Below, piece by piece: positions 51,947-64,000 of a DNA stretch of 64,000 nucleotides. Both the position numbers and the translations under genes were made by a program. Source of the DNA: Malacoraja senta (Eukaryota); assembly GCA_038087875.1 (NCBI GenBank), contig CM075990.1, positions 10,914,001-10,978,000 on the forward strand, in the 5' to 3' direction. Under the pieces are notes generated by a model that worked only from the letters and a program-made list of their open reading frames with translations, was not told the origin of the DNA and made no database searches. The first letter of the stretch is position 1. Each line of letters starts with the position of its first letter.

Positions 51947-53405
51947 TATATTCAGGCATTTTATAACAAATACCCCAGTTACATGCCTTCAGGTCCTAAT
52001 ACAAATAATAATTCTTCATCTGTTCTGGCTATTCAACGTGCGCTTGCAATTACAAGATAAAAATGCATACGTTTACTTCAGTTTGGTAAAGCACCCCCTC
52101 TTCAGGGAATTAATTTCCAATAATGACAATTTTACACTGAATATCCCTGAGTGATATATTCTTATCGTTTTTAAACGCCGTGTTTATATCTGTGCAATTT
52201 TGTTTGATGAACGTTTATTAACGCGCTCATTCCTGGCACTCGGTCATTTGTTCCACAAATTGCACCCAACGATTAGTCCCAAACACTCCTCTACATAATA
52301 GCTTTTATGCGATAATTTATATTAACTACGTACTATACATTTTATTTAATGTGATTATAAATCATGCTGATGCTTTTATTCCTCACTTTCAACGAAATTA
52401 AAGATAAAATAGTAGTCATATTCACGCGTTGGTGCGAAGACCAACGTGCAAAGTCTATTTTCTGATAGCAGAGGCTGAAACAATTAAACCCGGTGTCTTT
52501 TGATCGCACACTATCACCCGCACTTTATCATTGGCTTCTTGTATATTTTACTTATCCATGTCACGCTTTCCATGTGGTTTGATAGCCCGTATACATACAT
52601 CCACCGAGATTGGAATGTGAAGATTATAATGGAGTGTAGTGGTAGCCTCCAGTTTAAGAGAAATGCTCCAATCCAGTCTCGAGAGTGAGTACACACTCAC
52701 GGACACAGTAGCAAATATTGAACTGGAAGATTTTGCGCCGGATATTGACATTTAGGAATATTTACAAGTCGTCGTCCCCCCCCCCCCCTCACCCCCCACC
52801 CCCCCTCTCTCACATTCATACACACACCAACTATTGTAATTAAGCACGGCGAATATTAACTCGCTCTCTGCTCTCACATACTGCTAGGTTTCCACCGAAG
52901 GTACTCGGAGGGTCGGGTATTTTTTTCCAAAGGAAAATATACGAAATTTGAAAAGACCACACTTAATTTTTAAAAAAATCACTCATAAACACACCAAGCC
53001 AACGAGGGCGGCGGTCTAGTGTTGGTGAAATTCGTGTTTTTTTAAATAAATGGGAGTCAACTAGAGATATCGCTATCTTTCAAACTTGTAAATGTTTTAC
53101 GCGGCACCGACAGGACTTTCACCATTCATTATTGGGAAGCTAATACAACACTGGGAGATTTCGCACCTTTTACTGATCGGGTGTGACTTCTGATGTCATA
53201 AAATCCACTTGCCATAAAAATCCATAAAAAAAACATTTCCTCGGATAATTGAACACATTGTAAAGGAGCAGGAGTTGTTCAATGCCCAAGATAATCTAAA
53301 CCATGAAGGTTTCTCAGACTAGTATGTGCCTCCAAAACCTCATTACAAAATAGTTCTTGAACCTCCAGTCGATGTTGCCTATATTCTCTGTTAATCTGCA
53401 GCTAA

Positions 53406-53605
53406 NNNNNNNNNNNNNNNNNNNNNNNNNNNNNNNNNNNNNNNNNNNNNNNNNNNNNNNNNNNNNNNNNNNNNNNNNNNNNNNNNNNNNNNNNNNNNNN
53501 NNNNNNNNNNNNNNNNNNNNNNNNNNNNNNNNNNNNNNNNNNNNNNNNNNNNNNNNNNNNNNNNNNNNNNNNNNNNNNNNNNNNNNNNNNNNNNNNNNNN
53601 NNNNN
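53406..53605. other. Assembly gap (200 N)
   Basis: Run of N with a round length; true size unknown. Confidence 1.
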
Positions 53606-55616
53606 GATGTTGCCGGTCCCGCTTAGTTACTCCAGCATTTTGTGTCTCTCTTCAGAGAAAGCCTCTGAAATAGATCAGTGGCGTCTTTTACATCTACCTG
53701 GTTTACTTAAACAACGACATTCTAACACTTGCACCAACACAACAGAAATAGTACTCCGCAAACAATATAATAAAGGAAAAACAAGTTTACAACATGTAAC
53801 ATTACAGAGGGATTCTATGAGAACACAATCTATGGGAACACAATGGTTGTGTCCGGAGCACTCTACATGGCAACGCCAAATACATTCCCAGCCTCTGCGT
53901 GAAAAAAGAAAACAGAAATAAATCCATCAAGTAGCATTGGTGTAAAAGACACAATTAACATTACTTCCCCCCCCCCCCCCCCAAAGGAAGAACTGGATTA
54001 AAGAGGAGTCGCTTTATGGATTGGGATGTTGAGTGGGAATTGCTCACAGTCCCACTACATTGAGCAGGCTCAGTCATAGATATCGGGGAATGATTCTCCC
54101 GTGAGCGCTTTGCATATACATCTTAGATATACATTGTAAAGTTGGTATATCATTCCGTTACAGATAATGCAGAGAGAACCCCCACCCCACCCCCGTCCCC
54201 CCGTTGTAGTTATACGGTGGAAATGCGAAGTTCTAACTGACGTTGCGTTTTAATACACGGGGAACAAACAAGATTAGGCGCTGCGCAATGTTTTCGACAA
54301 CTGACGGGCAAAAGGAGTCCGCCAAGAAGAACACACACTAGCGGGTATTCGCGGGGGAAACTGCGGATTCGGGACACGTTCTTGCGATTATCTCAAATAG
54401 AGTGGGATAGGACAAAGACTCGGGGGGAAATGGACAGCTAGTGACAGACAATTACTGGGTTCAATGGCGCATTGATGGTAAATTAAGTTCCCCTCACATA
54501 AAATAAGCGATCTTTAGAGCAACAGTTTGACAATACTCGCGAGGGCTGGCTCCAATGACTAAAAATCGCCGCTGAATAGCAGGGTGTAACAAAAACACAA
54601 TTTGGATTAAGGTGGCGTCAGGCGTGAGACAGATTCATAGTTATAATGCTGGTTTAAACCGTGGACACAAAATGTCCCAACTGGTCAGGCAGCGTGTCTG
54701 GAGAGAAGGAATGTGACGTTTCGGGTCGAGACCCTTCTTTAGACAGTTATGGGGTTATTGGTGGCAATTTTTGATTCGCGCAGTGGAATAGCTCAACCAG
54801 GGTCACGCAAACCGGCGGACGTGGGGAATGTTCGGATCTGTGCGTCGAAACAACCGGCAGTCTTTTCACAGCACGGCCTTTTAATATATTGTATTTCCAA
54901 GTAAAAGGCGTATTCAGTCAATGTCCAGCCGCCCAAACTAAACTAACCATTTAAGTAGGCCCCACTGATAAGCAAACAAATTGCCGCTAATTCGCACCAG
55001 GTGTGACGGCCTTGGTTTGCTTGCTGACTTCCCGACCGCTGTCACCACCCCGACCTTTGTCTCTTCTTGTCCTGTACAATGTGTGAGTGTGTGTTCGCAT
55101 GAATGCATAGCTCCGTATCTTTTATTCTAACATGTTTTGTGTTATGGTTGGTTCCATAAATGTGACGGTACCGGACCTCCACAGATATAATTCCTCCTCG
55201 CTCGCGTTTTCGCGCAGCTAGCAACTCAGTGTTTGCAGACTGCCTTCGATTTGCACTGAGATTTACATGAGGATTAGGAAAATAGTCCTGGTTATTGCAG
55301 ACTAAAAACCCACCGTCGCCCGCTTCATTTCAACTCAAAGCACTCAATGCCACCGGTATTCAGGCTTGTACCCTGAAGTGCCGGACAGAGGATAGTGGCA
55401 AATAGAACGGGCGAACAGAACAAGCATTACTGGCTTCCACGAAGGAGTCAAGAGATCGGCGGAGCGAGACCCGCCTGGGCGGCTTCTGCAGATCTGCCCC
55501 GAATGGGGAACAAGCTTGATGAAAAATTAAAACCCCAAATCCATGGGTGAGTACGTGATGTATGGCGGGACTTTGGCCCAGACTTCTTATCGCAGGGACT
55601 TTCAAAGTGCTTGAAG

Positions 55617-56012
55617 AAAGCCGGAGTAACTCTGCGGGTCAGGCAGCATCTCTGGAGAAAAGGAATTCAAGAGAGAGGGCTCTTAAAAATAGCGGAGTCA
55701 GGGGATATGGGGAGAAGGCAGGAACGGGGTACTGATTGGGGATGATCAGCCATGATCACATTGAATGGCGGTGCTGGCTCGAAGGGCCAAGTGGCCTGCT
55801 CCTGCACCTATTGTCTATTGTCTATTGGAGTAGGTGGTGTTTCGGGTCGCGACCCTTCTTCAGACTGCGAGTCAGGGGAAAGGAAAACGAGAGATATAGA
55901 ATGAAAGGTATGCACAAAAGTAACGATGATAAAGGTGACTTCATTGTTAGCTGCTCCAGTTGTATGTGTCAGTCTTCGGTTTAAACCAGCATCTGCTGTT
56001 CCTTCCAACACA
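55617..56012. mobile_element. Penelope terminal-repeat element with a nested CR1 tail (~55667-55827)
   Basis: Flanked by TTTCAAAGTG(c/a)TTGA repeats (~55600 and ~56013); CR1 (CTATTGT)n tail inside the left arm. Confidence 0.75.
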
Positions 56013-56575
56013 TTTCAAAGTGATTGAGGTTTTTTTCGTAAGAAGAGATTTTTTTTTCACTCTCTGTCCGGAGGCTGTTGTAAAAGGCTGCACGGATTCG
56101 TACATGGTGACTGGTCCTCTGAGGGCAACGCGTTATGATGTGGTTTATATTGAAGAGCTGGGAGAACAATGTTGACAGGTTACATACAGTCAGTGTAACC
56201 ACCAAGGTCATTAGATTAAGTTACAAAAAATGTCCGTGTACTAACACATTAAATGCTCCAAAACAAAGCTAATGCATAAAAAGTGCGGGCGGCGTTTTAT
56301 TGAGTGAAGCTGAATCAATAATGATCTTATCTCGATTTACTTTTGAACTACAGTTCATTTTAAGCTGCTTCGTCATTTTATTCACTGGCGGCCCGGTAAG
56401 AAAAACGGGTTTACCCGGGGATACATGTTGTCAACCGCCCGTGTTTATCTGAGTAATATGGTGTCGGCAATCTTCCTTCAACCAGTACGGCTGCGGAGCA
56501 AAGATTACTGTACTCTTTCCTGGGATTTCCGAAATAGTGGGTTGTTCTCCCGCCGCCGCCTTATTTCTTTATGTG

Positions 56576-56702
56576 TAGGAAGGAACTGCAGATACTGGTT
56601 TAAACCGAAGATCGATCCCAAAAACTGGAGTAACTCGGCGGATCAGACAGCATCTCTGGAGAAAAGGAACATGTGACGCTTCGGGTCGAGACCCTTCTTC
56701 AG
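56576..56702 (-). mobile_element. Penelope terminal-repeat copy (similar copies at ~47175-47265, 54648-54745, 61855-61980)
   Basis: Same family sequence. Confidence 0.8.
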
Positions 56703-57471
56703 CCCCTTGTTTAATGCCTGAGGAATATATGTTGTGAAATGGAACTTTGGATATTCCAAAGACGCAATAAACACAAATTGCAGGTCATTTGGAAAACAAC
56801 AAGTGATCCTTTGCAGTCTTAAATCAAAATTAACCCAGCCCAGGCAAATGCAGGGTTGCGATCCGAAACGTCAGCTTTTCATGTTCTCCACAGATGTTAG
56901 TTCAGCACTTTTGTGTTTCAAGACAACAGCACCAGGGTAGTGGGAGATGGTGGGGGAAATGTTGAATGGAACACAATCCTTGCTGTACTGTAGACTCTGC
57001 TGTACTGTAGAAACCTGTTGGGTATGAGAGGTTTAGAAGGATAGGGGGCAGATGTGAGACGAGGTCATCCCTCAGCCTCCTGTACTGCAAAGAAAAACAA
57101 CTCCAGCCCATCCACCTTCTTCTTGCAACCCAAGCCCTCCAGGAAGGACCTCGCTTGGCATGAACAGGTTGGGCCGAGGGGGCTTTTTCCGTGCTGTAAC
57201 ACTCTATGACCCCCCCATAACCAAACCATGTAAATCTCTCAGAGCGGGTGCCATTCTTGACGCGCACGGAGATTGTGACAGAATCCTTGGTCTACAGGCA
57301 GGACACAAAGTTGGCGATGTTTCGGGTTCACAGGGACATTGGCCACCCCCTCGCCTCTCAGAGTATTTCCCCCCTACATTCTTCCTCTATTTGCGAGGCC
57401 TCTCTTTAACTGAAACACCCCCACTTGATTGCTCTCTACCGCAGGGATTTGCTCCCACATTCTGTAATTGT

Positions 57472-57632
57472 TTAGAATTTACAGCATGGGAATAGGACCT
57501 TTGGCCCACCGAGTCCACACCAACCATCGATCACCCGCACCTAATTTCTAGTTTATCCCACTTTCGCATCCCACACACTAGGGGCAATTTACAGAAGTCA
57601 GTGAACCCACAAACCTGCAAGTCTTTGGAGGT
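57472..57632 (-). mobile_element. HE1-type SINE 3' fragment
   Basis: Matches the tail half of the other copies. Confidence 0.7.
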
Positions 57633-58550
57633 TTGCTCCTCCGTTCTGTGGTCACAATAATTATGAATTAACCCCCCCCCCCCCGCCCCCCCCCCTGTCT
57701 CACGCACATGGAATTAGTTCTTCTATATACACGGTTTTAAAGACCCATATCAGGTTTACTGCTTAATCTCCAATTCATCCCACCCCCAATCTAAAAGAAA
57801 ATCACTCCACGGTTCATTTTTAAAGAAAATGTGCCTTAAGGTGACTGCAAAGAGTTAATAATGTTTGCTACATACACGTCAGTAGTATATAAGTCTGTAT
57901 AATTTATTCAAACATCAATATAAAATGGATTTGACACAAATGTTCACTGTCACCATTTTAATATGGTAGTAAAAACAGACGAGAAACATGTAGAGAGTTT
58001 ATAATAATGTCGACATAGGTTAGTGAACGACAGTCTTCTGTTTGAGTGATGTAAGCCAACCTGTGCCCTGACAGGGATTACACCAGGCACTTATCTATTC
58101 CATCCTACCATTGACTTATTATTTGAGGAAATTCACACCATGCCACACATTACCATGCAGGTCGACCTAATTTCAGTGTTTAATTACAACAGGCAGATTA
58201 CTTAAACAATCTTAAATATTGTCAGATAATTTATTAACCTTGGGGCTGTAAGTGGAAACAAATGGAAAGTATATTTAGAACATAAACCCAGAAAAATAAT
58301 TGCTTTACCCAAAGAGTGACTAATGTTTGGAATAATCCTGTAAGGCAGAGAAGAGTCCAAATGAAATTGTGATAATTTAGTTGCTTCTGTTATTAGCTGT
58401 CACAGTGAGAGGTGGATTGAACTGGTTGTTTTTTCTCATCCCAAGCCATCATTTTTGGCTTCATCACAACATGCGCACATGGTTGGTTTTGTGTTAAAAT
58501 CACACAGGCCCAAACAAAGATCAAGCACAATAATATTTGGTTTTGTGGCT

Positions 58551-58798
58551 TTACACAGAGAGTGGTGAATCTGTGGAATTCTCTGCCACAGAAGGTAGTT
58601 GAGGCCAGTTCATTGGCTGTATTTAAGAGGGTTGGATGTGGCCCTTGTGGCTAAAGGGATCAGGGGGTATGGAGAGAAGGCAGGGATGGGATACTGAGTT
58701 GGATGATCAGCCATGATCATATCAAATGGTAGTGCAGGCTCGAAGGGCCGAATGGCCTACTCCTGCACCTATTTTCTATGTTTCTATGTTTCTATGTT
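58551..58798 (+). mobile_element. CR1 LINE 3' end with (CTATGTTT)n tail
   Basis: TQRVVNLWNSLP motif and octamer tail. Confidence 0.85.
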
Positions 58799-59002
58799 TA
58801 GCCAAGCAAAAACATGAGTAGGACTTCCACATCTATGCCATCTTTTGTGCTTAAAGTGCTTTTAAGTTAAAGAAGGGATTTTTGAAATAATGTCAGCATT
58901 TCAGCAAAATAAAACTGCAAATGCAGCAAAACTGTAATTCAAATAGAAGATGGAGGTAATATTCAGGGAGTGTGACAACATATGCAGAGGGAGAAAAACA
59001 GA

Positions 59003-59314
59003 GTCCCACTTACGCGTCTTTTTCGGTGACTGCCGGCACCCGTGATAGGTCATTGCAGGTCGCCGAAAATATTCAACATGTTGAAAATCCAGTGGCGACC
59101 AGAACAAGGTACGACTCTTTGGGCGACTACTCACGACCATACAGGTTTCACCCTGCGACATGTCACCAGGGTGTCGCCTGTATGGTCGTGAGTCATCTCC
59201 TCAGTTACCCAAAGAGTCGTAGCATCTTTCTGGTCGCCGCTGGATTTTCAACATGTTGAAAATTTTCGGCGATCAGCAACGACCTATGACGGGTGCCGGC
59301 AGTCACCGAAAAAG
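59003..59314. mobile_element. Fold-back MITE (PIF/Harbinger-like assignment tentative)
   Basis: 59018-~59150 is the near reverse complement of ~59170-59314; left end GTCCCACTTA; the matching right terminus is missing. Confidence 0.75.
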
Positions 59315-59706
59315 TTGCATAATAACAAGTTGAACTGGCCAACTGTGATACCAACTACAAAGACGAGGTATCTGAAGTTGTTGAACTCAACATTAAGTCC
59401 TGAGCACAGTAGGACTTACAGACTGTTCCCGCTCCAAAAGTGTTTATATCGATATGCAACATGCCACATTCGGAGATGAATTGTTGTTCTTTAAGAATGT
59501 GCAGGGTTTGGTTGGAACAGACTAAGGGCCAAAGATATGCAACGGCATTTCACTGTTTCAATCTTGTTGTCTTTTGCCTCTCTACCTTAATTTTATTCAT
59601 CTTCTATTTACATCTCCCCCAGAATGATCAGCTGAGATTTCAGGCAACATCATTATCTTACTTGAATCATTCAGCCTTTCTTGGTTTCCACCCTTCACAC
59701 ACATTA

Positions 59707-59836
59707 ATGGGGTGGGAGATTGCAACCTTCCCTGTTTCGACGAATGCAATCAACCCGGCGTGCACAATCAAATAAGATCAAATAGAACAAGTTGTCCGAC
59801 AACTTTAGGTTGTGCACGCCATACGCAAGAAGAAGA
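59707..59836 (+). mobile_element. Short retroposon 3' end with (GAA)n tail (RTE-like, tentative)
   Basis: CpG-containing segment with GGCGTGCACA...TGTGCACGCC stem, ending CAAGAAGAAGA. Confidence 0.45.
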
Positions 59837-60764
59837 CACACATTTATTTTGACCTCAACTACCCTCCTCCTACCCCTGCATCTGCAATATGCTTGGTTTC
59901 TAACTTTTCCAACTCTGATGAGAGATCATTGATCTGAAATTGTAACTCTGTTCATCTATCCACATCATCTGCCTTAATATTTCCAGTTTTCTGAGCTTTC
60001 ATCTCTTTTAATAAGGTTGGTTGAACTTCTCTTCCCTTCTCCGAGATGGCATTGTGAGATATTTCACATGCATTTTGGCTAGGTTTAGTGTCTCATTCGA
60101 ACGTCAGCGCCCCGTTTCAATGTAATAGTTAAGATAACTTGATTTAATTATGAGCCCAGATTTTTCATTATGTTGTTAATAATGTTATTCTTCAAAGATT
60201 GCAATGTAACCAAAAATCTTTTCATTGAATGGTACAACAAATTAGTGCCAGAGCCTCCTCATTCAACTTATTAGAAAGTTACCAGTGATTCTGCTCCCAC
60301 CATCCATTCAAGCAGAAGATTTCAGATTGAAATTATTACTCAAGTATATTTTCATTCTTTGAAGTCACCTGTTAATTATTTTGCCAATTGCTTCAAATCT
60401 AGAGTTTTTGAGCGTCAAACATTTTGTCAGTGGGAACACTTGTTCTATCAAAACCTTTTGCAGTTTTGAACCTATCAATCCTTCCCCACATGTAGGAGAA
60501 CCATTCCTTATCTCAAAATCTCTTTGAGTAATTGGTCATTCATTTATTTGAAGCAAACTGTACCATTCTAGTAAAGATTCTGTTTATCCTCTCCAAAATA
60601 TTAATGCTTTTCCCAAAATCTGTCCCTCAGAATTGGATGCAATGTCCTAATATTCTAACCTTCACAAATGTTTTTTGTATCTGTTTCAAGTTAGTGCTCA
60701 ATAAATCAAGTAACTTTGCTCCATTCTCCTGCTTTTTCTCAATCAGTGAATATAAGTAACCATG

Positions 60765-60970
60765 CAGGATGGAACTGCGTATGCTTGTTTACACCGAAGA
60801 TAGATACAAAATGCTGGAGTAACTCAGCGGGTCTGGCATCATCTCTTGAAGAAAGGATGAGGAGACAAGTCGGGTCAGGTCTGAACAAGGGTCTCGACGT
60901 CACCTATTCCTTTTCTCCAGAGATGCTGGCTGACCCACTGAGTTACTACTGCTTTTTGTGTCTATCTTCA
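60765..60970. mobile_element. Inverted pair of Penelope terminal repeats, diverged
   Basis: GAAGATAGATACAAAATGCTGGAGTAACTCAGCGGGTC against GACCCACTGAGTTACTACTGCTTTTTGTGTCTATCTTC. Confidence 0.8.
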
Positions 60971-61322
60971 GTATAATTATGCCTTCCTTGCGAAAAAACT
61001 GCTTAGAATTTTGCTTCCATCCAGTCATCTGAATTCTAACATCAGTACTGGTTAAAAATAAAATCTTTTTCATTATTAAATTGAAAAGTTTAATTTAAAC
61101 CTCAACCCAAAATTTGAATAGTTTTGTTTGATATGTCAGATTTTTTCCTGATCAGTAGCAACAATATGAGAGAAGTTAAGATATTATGTTATGTAATGCC
61201 TTGTAATTCAAACTCTTGCTGAATAAATAGTATGTACCTGATTACTGTAACCTGCATACATATTACAGCCAAGGTTTATTTACCTTGTCCCAAACACTAA
61301 TGCAATCCATGATTAAATTTAT

Positions 61323-61545
61323 CATAAGGTCAGGAGATAGGAGCAGAATTACGCCATTCGGCCCATCAAATCTAGTCTGCCATTCAATCATGGCTAATCT
61401 ATCTCTCCCTTCGAACCCCATTCTCCTGCCTTCTCCCCATAGCCTCTGACACCCGTACTAACTAATCTATCTATCTCTGCCTTAAATATATCCATTGACT
61501 TTGCCTCCACAGCCTTCTGTGGCAAAGAATTCCACAGATTCACAC
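61323..61545 (-). mobile_element. CR1 LINE 3' end
   Basis: Reverse complement of the same 3'UTR family. Confidence 0.75.
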
Positions 61546-62144
61546 CCATTTGAAGCATTCACATAAATGCACTGCTGTCTCATTTTGGCATGATCCATTA
61601 CACTATTCATTTGCCAATGTGGGCTCTGCATAATCTGCTTTTGATCCCAAATTCCCCTTGATACTTTCCAAGGAAATGGGCCCAAATGCCACAATAGTAA
61701 GTGGGCATGAAATATACTCCAAATGAAATATTAATTCAATTTAGTTAAGTTTATCAGCTGAAAACTAAACTGAACTGATATTTCATCTGGAGTATATATC
61801 TCAAAATGTAAAGTAAAAGTGCGGGATGTTAAAATAGGGCGTTTGTCTTTTACATGTAGGAAAGAACTGCAGATGCTGGTTTAAATCGAAGGTAGACAAA
61901 AAATACTGGAGTAACTCAGCAGGACAGGCAGCATCTCTGGAGGGAAGGAATGGGTAACTTTTCAGGTCGAGACCCTTCTCTTTAGCAATACATCTCGATG
62001 GTTGGACAAATATCCCACTGAAAGCAAGGAATGGATTGCAAGTGAAATTATTTAACTGACCTGATATTCCTAATTTGTAGTCCTAGCATTTAAAATATAC
62101 TTATCTCATAATAATTAGGTATGCTTAAATCTTCAAAAGTAATA

Positions 62145-62815
62145 AAAAGGAACGGCAGATGTTTATACCACAGAATGAAACAAAATGTTAGAGTAACTCT
62201 ATTTTTTCCTTGAACAAAGACCCAACCAATTTTCCTCTTCCAACACTCTCCTCCACCCAGCGTAACTTGTCCTCACCCTCAACAACTTCTCTATTGACTC
62301 CTCTCACTTTATCCAAGTTAAAGATGCAGCCATGAGCACTCGCATGGGCCCCAGCTATGGCTGCCTTTTTGTTGGTTACGTCGAACAGTTCTTATTCAAG
62401 GAAATGGGCCCAAATGCCAATATAATTTATTTCCCAGCGCAATGAATGTTGGATTCTCTATTTTTTGGTGACTTCTACAAACATTCCCCTTCCACCTCAT
62501 TCCCCTCTTCCCACTCCTCCCCTCAACCTCCACCCCCACCCCCCTCTTTGGCCCTTTCCTCAACTAAAAGTCAGTTAGCCAGTTTCACAGTTCGCAATGA
62601 TGTATCCCTCTTGGAAGCACACCGGCCTAGCCTGAGGTCATCTGTTACCAGCTCTGATGTGTCCTCGTCTTTTCTTGTTTCCAGTTACTACCCCCCCCCC
62701 CCATCTCCCCTACAATCAGTGTGAAGAATGGTCCCGACCTGAAATCCAATTTCTCCAAAGATGTTGCCTGACCCGCTGAATTGTGCCAGCAGTTCGTGTC
62801 TATCTTATGTTTAAA
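62145..62815 (+). mobile_element. Rearranged Penelope remnant (inverted terminus, RT fragment 62205-62400, 3' terminus)
   Basis: 62255-62400 is homologous to RT DNA at 8555-8705 (LVLTLNNF...AMSTRMGPSYGCLFVGYVEQ). Confidence 0.8.
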
Positions 62816-64000
62816 TCTTTCTTTATTTAGCCATTTCATTGTTTCATTATAGAATGAAATTAATTTGCATAAACTATCTGAAGTATACTTAAGGCAAAGC
62901 TCTGTATGCGCTGAAACTCAAGTTCAGAAGCAATTTGATCAGTGGTAGGTTGCACAGTAGTTTATTTGAAACGGGATAACATGTTGGATGAGTTATTTTT
63001 GTAACCCTAGCTTCGAAATCATCTTTGACATTTGCTTTTAATGTGGTTTGCCTGGGTGATTTACTGTTGAGCAAAGTCTAAATGAAATGCTGCTGCAACA
63101 TCAAATGAAATAATTATTTTTGTTGGCTGCTGTTAAAACAAATGTTCTTTCTATCTGGGGAGAGCGGATAAACCCCACCCCCATGTGGAAATTATTGACA
63201 CAAAAAAAATGGTGCTAGGATTGTGTCCGGAGCACTGGCATGACTCAGAAATTAAGAATAATAATGTTTATATTTGAGTGCTTCATTATAACTAAGCTTA
63301 GCAATCTGGCCTGGTCACAGAAAACACTTGTACATTTTATTTCTTTACCCAACGTATTACTGGACCATGGAAGTTGTTTGGTTTCTTTCTCGAGGAAGGA
63401 TAGCCTTGCCTTTGAGAATGTATAACAATGGTTCAGTGGGAGTGGTTAAAGGAGAGATCGTTGTATCTGAGAAGAGAACTGGAGGGATATTTGAAGAACA
63501 GTAAGATATCAGGCTGTGAAGGGCAGTGGGATTAGTTTACAAAATGTTGCAGCTAAAAGCTATCAGGAGCCTATTCGAACTATATGATCTTCTGGATTCC
63601 AACAACCTGATGTTTGTTGACTGACTATGGGTTATCAGAGAAGCATGATTGTGATAACTATAGAAAGAGCAAACCACAGCAAACCTGTGAAGAAATGCCA
63701 ATGGCTCTATGCAAACACAATTTCCCCCCCTCTATACCACTGGAAACGTTAGCTTAGGTAAATTTGAGCGAAGTAAGAAAAATATGAGGCAGTGGATATG
63801 TTGATAGGGTGAGATAAAGAAAGTATAATGTAATCCTGTGAGGTAAATAATGACTGACGTGGACACGATTGATGAAGAGGCCATTTCTATGCTGTAAATT
63901 CTTTGTGATTCTTTCAAAATTGATGAAGATGCCTTGATAATCTGTTCCTTGCAGTTCCGAGCGACATGGGGAGTCTGATTTGAGCTTCTGGCTTACAGTT

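Noticed and set aside
55340..55552. Exon candidate ending ATGG|gtgagt
   Set aside because: No Pitx-like peptide, and the frame continuing from the PITX3 exon stops within four codons. A non-coding exon cannot be excluded.

Overview
Repeat-rich vertebrate genomic DNA, most likely from a cartilaginous fish (probably a skate or ray). This is inferred from HE1-type V-SINEs, CR1-type LINE tails and abundant Penelope terminal repeats. The window holds the 5' ends of two head-to-head genes, the arrangement known from human. GBF1 (Golgi ARF-GEF) is on the minus strand: CpG-island promoter and exon 1 at ~39.6-39.9 kb, coding exons at 36332-36427 and 24566-24632, then a long intron running off the left edge. 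PITX3 is on the plus strand: its recognisable N-terminal coding exon is at 47771-47912 and a candidate first exon at ~44.5 kb. I did not find the PITX3 homeobox exon in the remaining 16 kb, which includes a 200-N gap. The rest is intron or intergenic DNA with Penelope, CR1, Rex1-like, L1-like, Tc1 (IR/DR), BEL/Pao and MITE remnants. Most notable: (1) the PITX3 exon ends in phase 2 where Pitx genes use phase 1; (2) a family of short, TSD-flanked Penelope-derived elements carries minimal hammerhead-ribozyme motifs, forms palindromes and twice appears to have copied nearby genomic DNA; (3) an in-frame upstream ATG could add 40 aa to GBF1; (4) a composite Tc1-BEL-Tc1 unit retains both outer TIRs. 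Repeat boundaries are read by eye and approximate unless a TSD or TIR is quoted. No searches were run.
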